From assembly GCA_030649835.1 (NCBI GenBank), contig JAUSES010000029.1:4130-68129 (forward strand): DNA of 64,000 nt, in the 5' to 3' direction. Numbering within the stretch: position 1 is the stretch's first letter; each line of letters opens with the position of its first letter. Origin of the DNA: a bacterium. Its GTDB lineage: Bacteria; Patescibacteriota; Minisyncoccia; Phycocordibacterales; UBA1550. The notes beneath the pieces are model-generated. The model had not been told where the DNA came from. It made no database searches and saw only the letters and a program-made list of their open reading frames with translations. The translations under genes and the position numbers were made by a program. Positions 37,060-46,003 of this stretch are shown here, piece after piece.

Positions 37060-37650
37060 TTACTGTTTGCACGCACAACCTTCATATTCTTGACGAATTC
37101 TCGTTACTAAGAAACAACAAGGGAGAAAAATTACGAGCCATATCAAGCCAACAATTATTCCTCTCTCGTGGGATCCTGGATTGCTATCACTTGGCAGAAA
37201 CATGGAAAGAAAAATTGCCATAGCGAATGTAAGTACGACCAGGATTACTCTTGTCATTTTTCTACTCGAAAAATAATACTGATCAACAATCTTACTTGGG
37301 TATTTATCCCTTTTTTTCACTTCGTCTTCACTGTTTGCTGGCACCATCCACCCAGAGTGAAATCCTTCAGTAGTACTACCGCTAGGCGTATCCGCTCTAA
37401 CGACTACATGTTGTCCGAGCCCAAGCGGGTCTACTCTTTCTCTATTCCACAGATCTCCTGGATTAACGTCGAATGTTTTTATTACTTCAATGCGTGCTGA
37501 ACCAAATTTCAATAAATTCTCATTTTGATTCATATACTTCTTTGAGCCGCTCCATTTCCGAAAAACAACTATGTCCCCTTTATTGAATTGATAACCAATT
37601 AGGAGCTTGTCGCAAAAAAGCAACATAAACCAACGCATCAACTGTTCCAT
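37060..37650 (-). CDS. hypothetical protein with C-terminal TM helices
   Basis: Start MEQLMRWF with GAGGAG 7 nt upstream, preceded by the family-3 leader. Confidence 0.45.
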   Translation of the reverse strand: MEQLMRWFMLLFCDKLLIGYQFNKGDIVVFRKWSGSKKYMNQNENLLKFGSARIEVIKTFDVNPGDLWNRERVDPLGLGQHVVVRADTPSGSTTEGFHSGWMVPANSEDEVKKRDKYPSKIVDQYYFSSRKMTRVILVVLTFAMAIFLSMFLPSDSNPGSHERGIIVGLIWLVIFLPCCFLVTRIRQEYEGCACKQ

Positions 37651-37879
37651 TTTATTCTCCTCAATCCAGGAACGCGCCTGGAATCGTTGGGCGACTGCCC
37701 GTTTCAATGAACTTCCTATTAGGAGTATAGACTATTGCCATAAATAATGTTGAAATAATAATATTTTTGACGAATTGTCCGTACTTAATGCTACTAAACC
37801 TTATAAAATAAGAATATTATAATTGTTCTTTAACAATGAAACAATTGACATAAATGTTGTCATTTTGTATTATTTAAAC

Positions 37880-38641
37880 ATGAAAACACTTACACACAAG
37901 CTTGAGCGACTCGGGCTATCAGAAAAAGAATCAGCAACCTATTTAACGCTCTTGGAGGCGGCCTTTGGCTTGTCTATCGCCATAATTTCTAAAAAAACCT
38001 CTATAAAAAGAAGTACGGTATATCTCACCCTAGAGTCCCTCAAAAAACGTGGTCTCGTCAGCATGACAAAAAATCGTAACCGTCATGTGTATGTAGCCGA
38101 AGACCCAAGAATCTTTGACCAAAAAATAAAAGAGCAGGGGGTATACCTTCAAGAAATTCTCCCTGAACTTCTTTCTATAACGAATGTCCTTGCGAGAAAA
38201 CCACAAATTAGATTTTTTGAAGGTATTGAAGGTATCAAGGAAGTCTATAGAGATACGCTGCAACAACCAAAGGGGAGCGAGATACTCGCGTGGGCAACGG
38301 ATGACTTTGACGAGAAGTTTGACCCATTGTGGTTGACAGAGAAATATGTACCGTCACGAGTCGGCGCAAAAATACATTCTCGCGTCTTGGCGCCAAATAC
38401 GTCATATCTTAAAGACTTAGCGGGAGATAATGTTGCCGCACTTCGCAAAATTAGATTACTGCCACCTGAAGAAGCTACCTTTACAGTGGAAGTAAATCTA
38501 TACAATAAAAGGAAGGTCGCACTGGTTGCACCCAGCGAACAATTCGGTATCATCATTGAAAGCCAATCGGTATTTGAAACACTGAAAGCGATATTTGAAA
38601 ATGCGTGGAAAAATTCAAGTGACTCAAAGATTTTAAACTAG
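37880..38641 (+). CDS. TrmB-family transcriptional regulator
   Basis: N-terminal wHTH LGLSEKESATYLTLLEA…IAIISKKTSIKRSTVYLTLESLKKRGLV. Confidence 0.65.
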   Translation: MKTLTHKLERLGLSEKESATYLTLLEAAFGLSIAIISKKTSIKRSTVYLTLESLKKRGLVSMTKNRNRHVYVAEDPRIFDQKIKEQGVYLQEILPELLSITNVLARKPQIRFFEGIEGIKEVYRDTLQQPKGSEILAWATDDFDEKFDPLWLTEKYVPSRVGAKIHSRVLAPNTSYLKDLAGDNVAALRKIRLLPPEEATFTVEVNLYNKRKVALVAPSEQFGIIIESQSVFETLKAIFENAWKNSSDSKILN

Positions 38642-38660
38642 CACATTCAACTAATACTAC

Positions 38661-38790
38661 TTAATCTCTAGCGTGATCGGGCAGTGGTCCGAACCATAGA
38701 AATCGCTCATGATTGATGCCTGTTTCACGCGGGGGAGGAGGTCGGGGGAAATGAAAAAGTAGTCAATGCGCCAGCCGATAATATCTACTT
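38661..38790 (-). pseudogene. truncated duplicate of the 3' end of xth (~42 codons, ~85% identical to 40164..40290)
   Basis: Minus-strand translation is …IIGWRIDYFFISPDLLPRVKQASIMSDFYGSDHCPITLEIK*, compared with the Xth C-terminus …VGWRIDYFFISPDLLPHVKQATIMTDFLGSDHCPITLVM*. Confidence 0.75.
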
Positions 38791-38795
38791 TTTTT

Positions 38796-38847
38796 CCTAA
38801 CTATCTACTTATAAAATACTATCGTATTTTATAAGTAGATAGTTAGG
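38796..38847. repeat. 52-bp near-perfect palindrome (cctaactatctacttataaaatac tatcg tattttataagtagatagttagg) at the junction of the xth fragment and the toxin-antitoxin cassette
   Basis: Seen directly in the sequence. Confidence 0.7.
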
Positions 38848-38913
38848 GAGCATAACAATTACTTCGAAAAACTCGCTTGCAAACAAGTTAATCTTAAGAT
38901 AAACTTACGGTAT

Positions 38914-39043
38914 ATGAATCCCGTTAGAGGTCGCTCAGTTTATTAAACAGCACCTGCGGGACTTTATGATAAAAGGTTAGATTTATTTACTATGCGATAA
39001 TTAACTACGGAAATGCATGGCATTTCCTACCTCTAACGGGATG
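38914..39043. repeat. family-1 TIR element copy C in inverse orientation (ATGAATCCCGTTAGAGGT … TTTCCTACCTCTAACGGGATG)
   Basis: The right terminus ATG is the start codon of the Phd-like antitoxin. Coordinates are ±2 nt. Confidence 0.65.
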
Positions 39044-39292
39044 AAAACAGCTACCAAAAACATTGTGGGGCTCAAGGAATTGCGAGAAAATATGGACTCG
39101 TATATTTCTGGTGTTCAAAAAGGTAAGTCTTTTATTGTGGTTCGACGTTCAGAGCCAATTTTTCGCCTTTCTCCTGTTGATATTTGGGGAGACGAGGGCG
39201 TGTGGGAAACTGCTGTCGATTTCACCAAAATAAAAAAGGGAGGTGTGCCACTTGCTGATGTAATTGCTTCACTTAAGCGCCGCAATGCATAA
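39041..39292 (+). CDS. type II antitoxin, Phd/YefM-like
   Basis: IVGLKELRENMDSYISGVQKGKSFIVVRRSEPIFRL. Overlaps the toxin start as ATGCATAA. Confidence 0.6.
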   Translation: MKTATKNIVGLKELRENMDSYISGVQKGKSFIVVRRSEPIFRLSPVDIWGDEGVWETAVDFTKIKKGGVPLADVIASLKRRNA

Positions 39293-39527
39293 GATAGACA
39301 AGTTCCTTGCAAAACTGGATGCAGAGCGGCGGGAAAAGGTCCTTGCCATTCTTTTGCGAATACAATCCGAGAATTTTGAAAATCTCGATATCAAAAAACT
39401 AAAAGGGTTCACCCAAATCTATCGCGTGCGTGTTGGTCAATGCCGTATCAAATTTGAAACAGTGCAGAGTAGCATCAACATTATTAATATTGAATTTAAA
39501 GGGGATAATACTTACAAAAACAGCTGA
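39285..39527 (+). CDS. type II toxin, RelE/ParE family
   Basis: LKGFTQIYRVRVGQCRIKFE…INIINIEFKGDNTY. Confidence 0.6.
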   Translation: MHKIDKFLAKLDAERREKVLAILLRIQSENFENLDIKKLKGFTQIYRVRVGQCRIKFETVQSSINIINIEFKGDNTYKNS

Positions 39528-39778
39528 TAAACCTTATGGTCTCCTACTGCCAAAAGCGCCACTTCATTTTCAGACATGTATTCAAAAACGATACGATTTT
39601 TGTAGTCAACAGAAAAACCATAAAACTTTTTCAGTCTTCCCTTTAACTTGTGTACTTCTAACCGCTGATGATTATTTACATCTTTAAACAAGTCAATCTT
39701 TTCAATTACATCATCCTGTAAACCCACTGGCAACTTCTTAAAGAGTCTCAAGAATCTAGGCGTGTATGCAACTTTCAT
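39512..39778 (-). CDS. type II toxin, RelE/ParE family
   Basis: HKLKGRLKKFYGFSVDYKNRIVFEY…ALLAVGDHKVY. Confidence 0.65.
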   Translation of the reverse strand: MKVAYTPRFLRLFKKLPVGLQDDVIEKIDLFKDVNNHQRLEVHKLKGRLKKFYGFSVDYKNRIVFEYMSENEVALLAVGDHKVYQLFL

Positions 39779-39780
39779 AA

Positions 39781-39999
39781 TTAGATTCTTTTCGCAAGTT
39801 CGCGCAAATCCCCACGCAATATTTTGCCATCTCTTACTTCTTGCGATGCCTCAAGGACAGCTCGCACTGCCTCATCTTCAGAAAAACGAGTGAGGGCGCG
39901 ACGAACGACATCTGCCTTGTTGGCTGCGTTACCGCTTTTTACTTGGTTGTTTATGAATTTCTCCAGTTCAGGAGATAGTGGGACGGATAGTGTGGACAT
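39781..39999 (-). CDS. type II antitoxin, ParD/CopG (RHH) family
   Basis: LSVPLSPELEKFINNQVKSGNAANKADVVRRAL. AT-rich inverted repeats tgatat/atatca upstream (40000..40050) are a candidate operator. Confidence 0.65.
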   Translation of the reverse strand: MSTLSVPLSPELEKFINNQVKSGNAANKADVVRRALTRFSEDEAVRAVLEASQEVRDGKILRGDLRELAKRI

Positions 40000-40068
40000 A
40001 TGATATATATTTAATGATATGATATTATCATACTAAATTATCATATAATTTTCAAGTCTTCTTCGAGC

Positions 40069-40118
40069 CTCACCCACCATACATTCCAAGTCATGACTTG
40101 GAATGTATGGTGGGTGGG
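40069..40118. repeat. 48-bp perfect palindrome (cacccaccatacattccaagtcatgacttggaatgtatggtgggtg) between the ParD promoter region and the xth stop
   Basis: Seen directly in the sequence. Confidence 0.7.
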
Positions 40119-40163
40119 TGACTTTAACTCCTATCTCAATTCAAACACAATAGGGCAGTGGCC

Positions 40164-40928
40164 CTACATCACTAGCGTGATTGGGCAGTGGTCGGAGCCG
40201 AGGAAGTCGGTCATGATGGTGGCTTGTTTCACGTGGGGGAGGAGGTCGGGGGAGATGAAGAAATAGTCAATGCGCCAGCCGACGTTGCGCGCGCGGGCGC
40301 CGGTTTTCATATCCCAGTACGTGTATGCATCTTTTTTGTTTGGATTGAGGTGCCGATAAATATCTACATAGCCATGGTAAATGAGCTCATCTATCCATGC
40401 GCGCTCCTCGGGGAGGAAGCCGGTGTTCTTTTCATTTTCTTTTGGGCGGGCGAGGTCCACTGCCTCATGCGCGGTATTCACATCTCCGCAAATAATAATC
40501 TTGTGCCCTTTTTTGCGGAGGCTCTCGGTAAATTCCAAAAAATGATCGTAAAAATCGAGTTTATATTTAAGTCGCACGGGTCCACCACCACCATTGGGGA
40601 AGTAACAATTCAAAAGGACAAAGTCTTGAAAGTAAAGGACAAGGAGTCTCCCTTCTTGATCCATGTCCCTTATCCCCATTCCTTCTTCTACTTTTTCTGG
40701 CTTCACTTTTGTATACACCGCGACCCCGCTGTAGCCCTTGCGCATCTTTGAATGTGAAAAATATGAAAAATAGCCTTTTGGATTGCGCACTTCTTCGGGA
40801 AGTTGCTCTGCCTCTACTTTTGTTTCCTGTAGACACAAAATATCCGCATCCCTTTTTATAATATCGGCAAAATTCCCCTTCTTGTGTATCGCGCGCAATC
40901 CATTTACGTTCCAGGATATAAGTTTCAT
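40164..40928 (-). CDS. xth: exodeoxyribonuclease III
   Basis: AP-endonuclease family sequence (…SWNVNGLRA…LCLQETK…DHCPITL). Confidence 0.9.
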   Translation of the reverse strand: MKLISWNVNGLRAIHKKGNFADIIKRDADILCLQETKVEAEQLPEEVRNPKGYFSYFSHSKMRKGYSGVAVYTKVKPEKVEEGMGIRDMDQEGRLLVLYFQDFVLLNCYFPNGGGGPVRLKYKLDFYDHFLEFTESLRKKGHKIIICGDVNTAHEAVDLARPKENEKNTGFLPEERAWIDELIYHGYVDIYRHLNPNKKDAYTYWDMKTGARARNVGWRIDYFFISPDLLPHVKQATIMTDFLGSDHCPITLVM

Positions 40929-41019
40929 ATTGAATCAATAATAACACATCCGACCATTGTACATTTTATGAATAGGTACTAAGCTTATGTTGTATCAGTT
41001 TACAGAGAGGAGGTGTTTC

Positions 41020-41301
41020 ATGAGTACATTCACTACCAACAAAGAGGATCAAGAATATCGAATAGTTAGACAAGAGATCCAAGCACTGCAGGAAAGTATT
41101 GTGCGTCAACGGGCAGAAATTATTGCACTAATCACAAAACTTGAACTTATTCGCACCAGAAAAGTATTTTCATTGAAAGAACAAGTCGAGAAAAGTGAGC
41201 AAGCGAAGTTAGCCGAGCGGCAACTCAATGAATCACGTCGCTCCCTCAATCGCTCCGAAGCACGAGTCTTGGAACTGGCACAATTGATTGGCATCGATTA
41301 G
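41020..41301 (+). CDS. small coiled-coil protein
   Basis: ORF 40987..41301, probable start MSTFTTNKED. Confidence 0.4.
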   Translation: MSTFTTNKEDQEYRIVRQEIQALQESIVRQRAEIIALITKLELIRTRKVFSLKEQVEKSEQAKLAERQLNESRRSLNRSEARVLELAQLIGID

Positions 41302-41331
41302 CGCGTCATGAAACATTTCGTGGCGCGTTTT

Positions 41332-42261
41332 TTATTTATTGTGAAATTTTTTGTGCACATCTCTCAACTGGTTGTCGGTGATGTGGGTGTAGATTTGGGT
41401 GGTGGAAATGTTGGCGTGGCCGAGCATCATTTGGACAGAGCGAATGTCTGCGCCATTTTGGAGAAGGTCGGTGGCGAAGCTATGGCGCAAAATGTGCGGA
41501 GTAACTTTATCCATTATTCCCGCCTTGGTAGCATAAAACTTTACCATGCGCTCAATGGAGCGGGGAGTGAGGCGCGTGGAGCCATCTTCGCGGGTGCGTT
41601 TTGTTTCACTAACAAAAAGCGCATCGTCCATGTCAGTTCTTTTTTTCAAATATGCGGTGATGGCTTTTTTTGCATCATCGGAAATAAATACCACACGTAC
41701 TTTTTCACCTTTTCCTCGTACAGATATTTCGTCACGCGTGAGGTCGATGTCGCGCTGTAGTGCACACAATTCTGAAAGGCGAAGCCCTGTGGAGAAAAAT
41801 AATTCCAAAATCGCTTTGTCACGGAGCTCCTTGATACTTTCGCCGCTGGGCGCATCAAGAAGGCGACGCAGGTCAACCGGTTTCAAAAGGTCAATCGTGC
41901 GCTCGGCTACTTTTGCAAGTTCAATTTTTTCTGGCGCGTACGACTCCACACCGCGCTTTCGCAAATACTTTAAAAAACTCCGCAAAGCAATGAGATAATA
42001 ATTTTGCGTTTTCTTTTTGAGTGTTTCCGCGCGCCCCTCGTGTACTCCGGCGCTTTGGCGGTTGAGCCACAAGCGAAACGTACGCATCATCTCGTCGGTG
42101 ATGTCGCTTGGCACTGAAGCACCACTTGCTACCAAAAATCGGGTGAGGTAACGCTCGTAATTTTCAATTGTATTCAAACTTCTCCCACGTTCTATTTCCA
42201 AATACTCTAAATATTGACGGGCATATTTACCAAGCGGGGTTTGGGGGATATTGTGCGACAT
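41332..42261 (-). CDS. tyrosine site-specific recombinase, XerC/XerD family
   Basis: RHSFATDLL, LGHANISTTQIYTH and the catalytic Tyr. The probable start is MSHNIP at 42261; the ORF-track N-terminal extension to 42516 runs through a repeat element. Confidence 0.8.
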   Translation of the reverse strand: MSHNIPQTPLGKYARQYLEYLEIERGRSLNTIENYERYLTRFLVASGASVPSDITDEMMRTFRLWLNRQSAGVHEGRAETLKKKTQNYYLIALRSFLKYLRKRGVESYAPEKIELAKVAERTIDLLKPVDLRRLLDAPSGESIKELRDKAILELFFSTGLRLSELCALQRDIDLTRDEISVRGKGEKVRVVFISDDAKKAITAYLKKRTDMDDALFVSETKRTREDGSTRLTPRSIERMVKFYATKAGIMDKVTPHILRHSFATDLLQNGADIRSVQMMLGHANISTTQIYTHITDNQLRDVHKKFHNK

Positions 42262-42414
42262 GAGTACAGTATACAACTGACGACTCACAACTACCAACCA
42301 ACTGACTGACTGGCGCATTTGGCCTTCGGCCAAATGCGCTTTAACGTGCGTTTTTGTAGACCACACACCCCCAGTATCTAGCCAGGAAATTGCATCCTTC
42401 GAATCGTCTTTTGA

Positions 42415-42520
42415 ATTAGCAAATTCACGTCTTGGACGCAGACTCTCAGTAGACACTCCTGGGAAGCAATCCAGTGAGTTGGTACTTAATCCTGGATTGC
42501 TTCGCCTTGCTCGCAAAGAC
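42415..42520. repeat. family-2 element (partial copy): …attcacgtcttggacgca…cctggattgcttcg…ctcgcaaagac
   Basis: Homologous to 57650..57765 and 60225..60330. Confidence 0.6.
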
Positions 42521-42636
42521 GGAGTTTGAAGTTATATAAGGTGTGAGGTGTTACGCGTTTTTTAGTTGTTAGTTGTAAATTGTATCTCGTTAGTTGTATC
42601 TTGTCAGTTGAGAGTAGTTAGTGGTATTATTTCCCC

Positions 42637-42891
42637 ATGAGCTCGTCAAGCAAATATATTGTCATTACCGAATCCCACGACCTGGACGACGGCCCGATGG
42701 ACTCTGCTACAAAAGCTCATGAGGAGGCTGACGAGGCGTCCCTTCTTGCTCTTGAAAAACAAGGCATTTCTATTCTTAGTGAAGAAAGCAGTCCTGCAAG
42801 CGATGAACATCGCGACAATTTTGTTGAAGAATTAATGAATAACAGTGGTATTGAGATAGTTTCTAGTGTTGATAATGAAGAGGAGTTTTAA
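42637..42891 (+). CDS. small acidic hypothetical protein
   Basis: ORF; D/E-rich. Confidence 0.4.
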   Translation: MSSSSKYIVITESHDLDDGPMDSATKAHEEADEASLLALEKQGISILSEESSPASDEHRDNFVEELMNNSGIEIVSSVDNEEEF

Positions 42892-42902
42892 TATAAAATA
42901 AT

Positions 42903-44315
42903 ATGGTAGCAACATTTGTTCTTGTCTATATGCTGATGATGATACCAATAGGTATCTATGCATCAAAGCGGGTCAAGTCTTCTCAGGATTTTGCACTCGC
43001 GGGCAGGCATTTGCCTTTTTCTATGGCAATGGCGACCGTGTTTGCCACATGGTTTGGTTCAGAGACATTTATGGGCGCGGGGTCACGCATGGCAGAGGGG
43101 GGCTTTCTTTCTGTTATTGAAGATCCGTTCGGCGCAGGGCTTTGTCTCATACTCATTGGTTTCTTTTTTGCAAAAAAACTCTACGCGCGTCACAACCTCA
43201 CTATCGGTGACTATTTTCACGAGCGCTACAACAAAGTTGTCGCGACAATGCTTTCCGTTGCAATCATTCTCACCTATTTTGGTTGGGTGGCTGCGCAGTT
43301 TGTCGCGCTCGGCATCATCCTCAATCTGCTCCTCGGTATCCCAGCAATAACCGGAATGCTCATTGCGGCAATTATCATCGTAATCTACACCTACATCGGC
43401 GGTATGTGGGCGGTGTCTATTACTGACACCGTGCAAATGGCGGTAATAGTCATTGGTCTTATTGTTATTTTAGTTGAGGTGCTTTCTCAAAACGGTGGTG
43501 TTTCGTCTATTATTGCAAACACTCCTTCTGACTTTTTTAGAGTAACCCCAAGCGATGCCACCACAAAAGACTGGCTTGCATGGGTCGCCGCATGGATGAC
43601 CATCGGGCTTGGGTCTATTCCCCAACAAGATGTGTATCAGCGTGTCATGTCTGCAAAGTCTGCAGTAATCGCAAAGTGGGCATCGGTCTCTGCGGGGGTT
43701 CTTTACTTCACTATTGCGCTTATTCCACTTACGCTTGGGCTCATCGCTCGCATAAAATATCCCGAGCTCGTGATAAGCGACCCGCAACAACTCCTCCCTA
43801 CACTTATTTTGGACAATACAAACATGATCACGCAAATATTTTTCTTTGGTGCACTTCTCTCTGCCATTATGAGCACCGCGTCCGGCGCGCTCCTCGCTCC
43901 CGCAACACTCCTTGGAGAAAATGTGATTAAGCCATTTTACAACAATATTTCTGACAAAACTCGTCTCTCTATTATTCGTTTCTCTATTATTGTTGTTGCT
44001 TTGGGAGCACTTGCCCTTGCTTCATCTCAAGGGAGTATTTATGAGCTAGTTAGTGGCGCGTATTCAATAACTCTTGTTTCAGCATTTATTCCGCTGGTGT
44101 TTGGGCTCTACACACACAAAGCAAATAGTCTGGGGGCCCTCTTTGCGATTATTCTTGGTGCGGGGGGTTGGCAATTTACCGAGCTCTACGTTACAGACCC
44201 GATGGTTCCCGCAACACTTGTTGGTTTAGGCCTTAGTTTCTCGGGAATGCTGCTTGGGATTTTACTTGAGAAACATATTCACAAGGTAACTCATCACTTT
44301 AGGAAAACAACTTGA
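42903..44315 (+). CDS. sodium:solute symporter (SSS) family transporter
   Basis: ~13 TM helices; PutP/PanF-like N-terminal region with GRxL and GSETFMG motifs. Confidence 0.75.
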   Translation: MVATFVLVYMLMMIPIGIYASKRVKSSQDFALAGRHLPFSMAMATVFATWFGSETFMGAGSRMAEGGFLSVIEDPFGAGLCLILIGFFFAKKLYARHNLTIGDYFHERYNKVVATMLSVAIILTYFGWVAAQFVALGIILNLLLGIPAITGMLIAAIIIVIYTYIGGMWAVSITDTVQMAVIVIGLIVILVEVLSQNGGVSSIIANTPSDFFRVTPSDATTKDWLAWVAAWMTIGLGSIPQQDVYQRVMSAKSAVIAKWASVSAGVLYFTIALIPLTLGLIARIKYPELVISDPQQLLPTLILDNTNMITQIFFFGALLSAIMSTASGALLAPATLLGENVIKPFYNNISDKTRLSIIRFSIIVVALGALALASSQGSIYELVSGAYSITLVSAFIPLVFGLYTHKANSLGALFAIILGAGGWQFTELYVTDPMVPATLVGLGLSFSGMLLGILLEKHIHKVTHHFRKTT

Positions 44316-44329
44316 AAACAAAAGGAACA

Positions 44330-44445
44330 TTTGGGACAGGAAGAACCGAGAGACAAGTGAACGCCCAATCGCTACGCGATTGGGCGTTCACTTGTCTCTA
44401 TTCCTTGTTCCCACCCGTCCCAAACGTTCCCCCTGTCCACGCGTA
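44330..44445. repeat. family-T palindromic element copy 2 (gggacagg…agagacaagtgaacgcccaatcgctacgcgattgggcgttcacttgtctct…gtcccaaacgttcc…cctgtcc)
   Basis: Hairpin with a GCTACGCG apex; likely terminator of the transporter gene. Confidence 0.6.
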
Positions 44446-44481
44446 TTGCATTTTTAGGCAAGATATGCTACAGTACTGTCA

Positions 44482-44745
44482 ATGATTACGACAAAGCAGA
44501 AACAAACTATTATCAAGAAAGCGCAGGTTCATGCGACAGATACTGGCTCACCAGAGGCTCAGGTTGCTATTCTTTCAAAGAGTATTGACCTTCTCGCTCT
44601 TCATTTGAAGAAAAACCACAAGGACAACCATTCAAGACGTGGCCTCCTTCAGATGGTTGCAGATCGTCGCACACACTTGAACTACTTGAAGCGAAAGAGT
44701 AAAAATCGCTATGAGGTGCTCGTCAAGAAGATCGGCCTCAAGTAA
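44482..44745 (+). CDS. rpsO: 30S ribosomal protein S15
   Basis: 87 aa (…GSPEAQVAILSKSIDLLALHLKKNHKDNHSRRGLLQMV…). Terminator hairpin at 44878..44908. Confidence 0.9.
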   Translation: MITTKQKQTIIKKAQVHATDTGSPEAQVAILSKSIDLLALHLKKNHKDNHSRRGLLQMVADRRTHLNYLKRKSKNRYEVLVKKIGLK

Positions 44746-45024
44746 CGAATTCCCCATTTTTGCGTATTTCTTTGTTGCTCGTTTTGTTTGCTCTCGCGAA
44801 GTACTGTTCGTACATCTTGGTCGCAAACATCACTCGCGCCTCGAACTACACTAAAAATGAGAAATTCTGGCCATAAGAAACTCCGCTTCGCGGAGTTTCT
44901 TATTTTCTCGCTTCATGCGATACTATTTGTGGGTACAACTAATCATTTTTAATAAACGAGTCACTGGCATTTTTTGTATTTTCTAATGGCTAGTGGCCAA
45001 CAACTAACAACTATTTTATATATG

Positions 45025-45615
45025 GCAATTATCAAACAAAAAGAACAGCGCGTTGCAATGTTCATTGACGCACAAAACCTTTATCATAGCGCTCGCAATC
45101 TATACGGAGCAAGAGTTAATTTCGGCGCAGTGCTTAAAGAAGCAGTGGCAGGCAGGCACCTCGTGCGCGCTATCGCATACGTCATCACCACAGAAGGTGA
45201 AGACGAGAAAAACTTTTTTGAAGCATTAAACTCCCTCGGTATTGAAACGAAAACCAAAGACCTTCAAATCTTTTTTGGTGGAGCAAAAAAAGCCGACTGG
45301 GACGTGGGTCTTGCGGTGGATGCTATTCGTCTCGGCTCAAAAGTGGATGCGGTGGTGCTCGCATCGGGCGATGGTGACTTTGTTCCGCTCGTAGAATATT
45401 TAAAATTTATGGGAACACAGGTTGAAGTCATCACCTTTGGACGCTCAGCATCAGGCAAGCTCCGTGAGGTTGCCGATGACTTTATCGATATGTGCGATGA
45501 CCAGCGCAAATATCTCCTCGGCTCTCGTGGAGGAAACTCAAACGGTGGAAACACTCGTCGCCCTGCTCGCAAGCAAGCACCTCGCGGAAGGAAAGAACCT
45601 CCAAAGACAGAGTAG
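45025..45615 (+). CDS. NYN/LabA-like domain protein (PIN-like nuclease fold)
   Basis: VAMFIDAQNLYHSAR … VVLASGDGDFVPLVEYLK. Terminator at 45633..45658. Confidence 0.65.
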   Translation, partial: AIIKQKEQRVAMFIDAQNLYHSARNLYGARVNFGAVLKEAVAGRHLVRAIAYVITTEGEDEKNFFEALNSLGIETKTKDLQIFFGGAKKADWDVGLAVDAIRLGSKVDAVVLASGDGDFVPLVEYLKFMGTQVEVITFGRSASGKLREVADDFIDMCDDQRKYLLGSRGGNSNGGNTRRPARKQAPRGRKEPPKTE

Positions 45616-45672
45616 AAAATTCAAAAAATAAGCCCGACACTTGCGTGTCGGGTTTTTTGATTGCTTTCGCAA

Positions 45673-45873
45673 TCAAATTATTTCAGTTCTTGAAATGTCG
45701 TTGTGAATTGGTCTTTTGTCTTGTTTTTGGGCAAGTGCGGCAAATTCTTCCCTCCTCTTTTTTTGATCTATCTCATGTGCCATCATGCGTTGTGCAAATT
45801 TCCCAGCACCCGGTGACCCCGTGTGTGGATGTGTTTGTTGTGTGGCCCCTTGTTTCACTATCTGATTGCTCAT
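45673..45873 (-). CDS. small hypothetical protein (66 aa)
   Basis: GGAGAAGAT immediately upstream of the ATG. Confidence 0.4.
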   Translation of the reverse strand: MSNQIVKQGATQQTHPHTGSPGAGKFAQRMMAHEIDQKKRREEFAALAQKQDKRPIHNDISRTEII

Positions 45874-46003
45874 ATCTTCTCCAATTTTGGAACAAAAAAA
45901 TCAACAGATTGCTCTGTTGAACCAGCCCACACCCTAACACACTAGACATAAAGTTGCAAGTCCGCGCTTTGATAGCGCGCCTGAACAGGCTATAATACAT
46001 GCA

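Noticed and set aside
39001-39240. Apparent 2-nt frame inconsistency between my reading of the printed sequence and the ORF-track translation of 39017..39292
   Set aside because: Most likely my own mis-parsing of a printed line. The ORF-track coordinates are internally consistent (stop at 39290..39292; next ORF start 39264 verified), so no frameshift or pseudogene is claimed.
41308-41998. Plus-strand ORFs 41308..41760 and 41546..41998 and the minus-strand ORF 41646..41876
   Set aside because: They lie inside the XerC/D recombinase gene in other frames, so they are shadow ORFs.
42262-42516. N-terminal 85-codon extension of the recombinase ORF given by the track
   Set aside because: The extension translates a family-2 repeat element and has no recombinase homology. 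The start MSHNIP at 42261 fits XerC/D N-termini.
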